A DNA stretch of 63,698 bases, counting the filler, from Licmophora abbreviata (Eukaryota): NCBI GenBank assembly GCA_900291995.1. It is 13 parts of 13 records of this genome, joined end to end, with 100 filler letters (N's around TTAATTAATTAA, not from the genome) between each part and the next. Parts side by side here need not be neighbours in the genome. Positions count along the whole stretch, not along the records: positions 62,660 to 63,698 come from OLMU01001259.1; 12 more parts are not named here. One strand, written 5' to 3'. Shown here in pieces: positions 62,560 through 63,698 of this stretch. A program made the position numbers and the translations under genes. The notes under the pieces are model-generated. The model was not told the origin of the DNA. It worked only from the letters and a program-made list of their open reading frames with translations, and did not search any database. Every line of letters starts with the position of its first letter. The first letter of the stretch is position 1.

Positions 62560-62659
62560 NNNNNNNNNNNNNNNNNNNNNNNNNNNNNNNNNNNNNNNNN
62601 NNNTTAATTAATTAANNNNNNNNNNNNNNNNNNNNNNNNNNNNNNNNNNNNNNNNNNNN
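62560..62659. other. Artificial scaffold linker (real missing sequence)
   Basis: N44-TTAATTAATTAA-N44; PDS does not continue on the other side. Confidence 0.98.
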
Positions 62660-63363
<704 letters not shown>

Positions 63364-63698
63364 TCAGTGTTTCTAAACGAAGTTCGATATCTCAAAGTTG
63401 TGAGGAGTGATGAGCGTCGAGATGAAAGGCAAGAGGCATTATGAGTCATGAGGCTGACTGGAGCACTGATGACTGACTGGCTGGCAGATTGATTCGGTTC
63501 AGTCAAAGTACGTATGCACGTAGAGTCACGTAGAAAATCTACGCATTCGCTTGAATCGGATCCGCGCCCTGTGTGAGTCCCGCGTACATAATATGCAGGC
63601 AACAGGGCACCGCCGGTTTGAACGCGTTCTGCGTCCCATTTTAGTTTTTTTAGGATGCATTATTCAACATCTCACAAATTGACAGCTAGACTAGCAAT

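Noticed and set aside
11580..62659. Twelve identical TTAATTAATTAA palindromes as a biological repeat or CRISPR-like array
   Set aside because: Each is centred in exactly 44+44 Ns and supplies stops in six frames; it is a synthetic contig linker.

Overview
Eukaryotic nuclear DNA, almost certainly from a diatom: gene-dense, about 50% GC, short GT-AG introns of roughly 80-100 nt, bipartite ASAF-type plastid targeting signals, RxL pro-peptide motifs, an HA-domain protein and a secreted SET-domain protein. The window is a scaffold of 13 contigs joined by twelve artificial 100-nt linkers (N44-TTAATTAATTAA-N44). Three gaps can be closed from the flanks alone, restoring genes that cross them. About 30 protein-coding genes are supported, including SMC3, a GH3 beta-glucosidase, a sterol glucosyltransferase, a plastid RNase Z, an HMIT-type inositol/sugar transporter, an amino-acid permease, a Ulp/SENP SUMO protease, methylmalonate-semialdehyde dehydrogenase, a short UBR4-like E3 ligase, trypsin, DED1/DDX3, a truncated USP and a partial phytoene desaturase. 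I saw no rRNA, tRNA, CRISPR array or recognisable transposon ORF. The top candidate for novelty is a signal-peptide + SET + SET protein whose C-terminal domain carries an apparent 2-oxoglutarate/Fe(II) dioxygenase HxD...H...R signature, a possible lysine methylase-hydroxylase for silica-wall proteins. Also notable: a silacidin-like acidic RRL-processed peptide, a Lys/Ser-tailed surface protein, and a 1,730-aa 'mini-UBR4' lying head-to-head with a large unknown gene. Several otherwise intact genes carry lesions (frameshifts, a SMC3 D-loop substitution) that may be assembly errors. All family calls come from motif recognition by eye; no database search was run.
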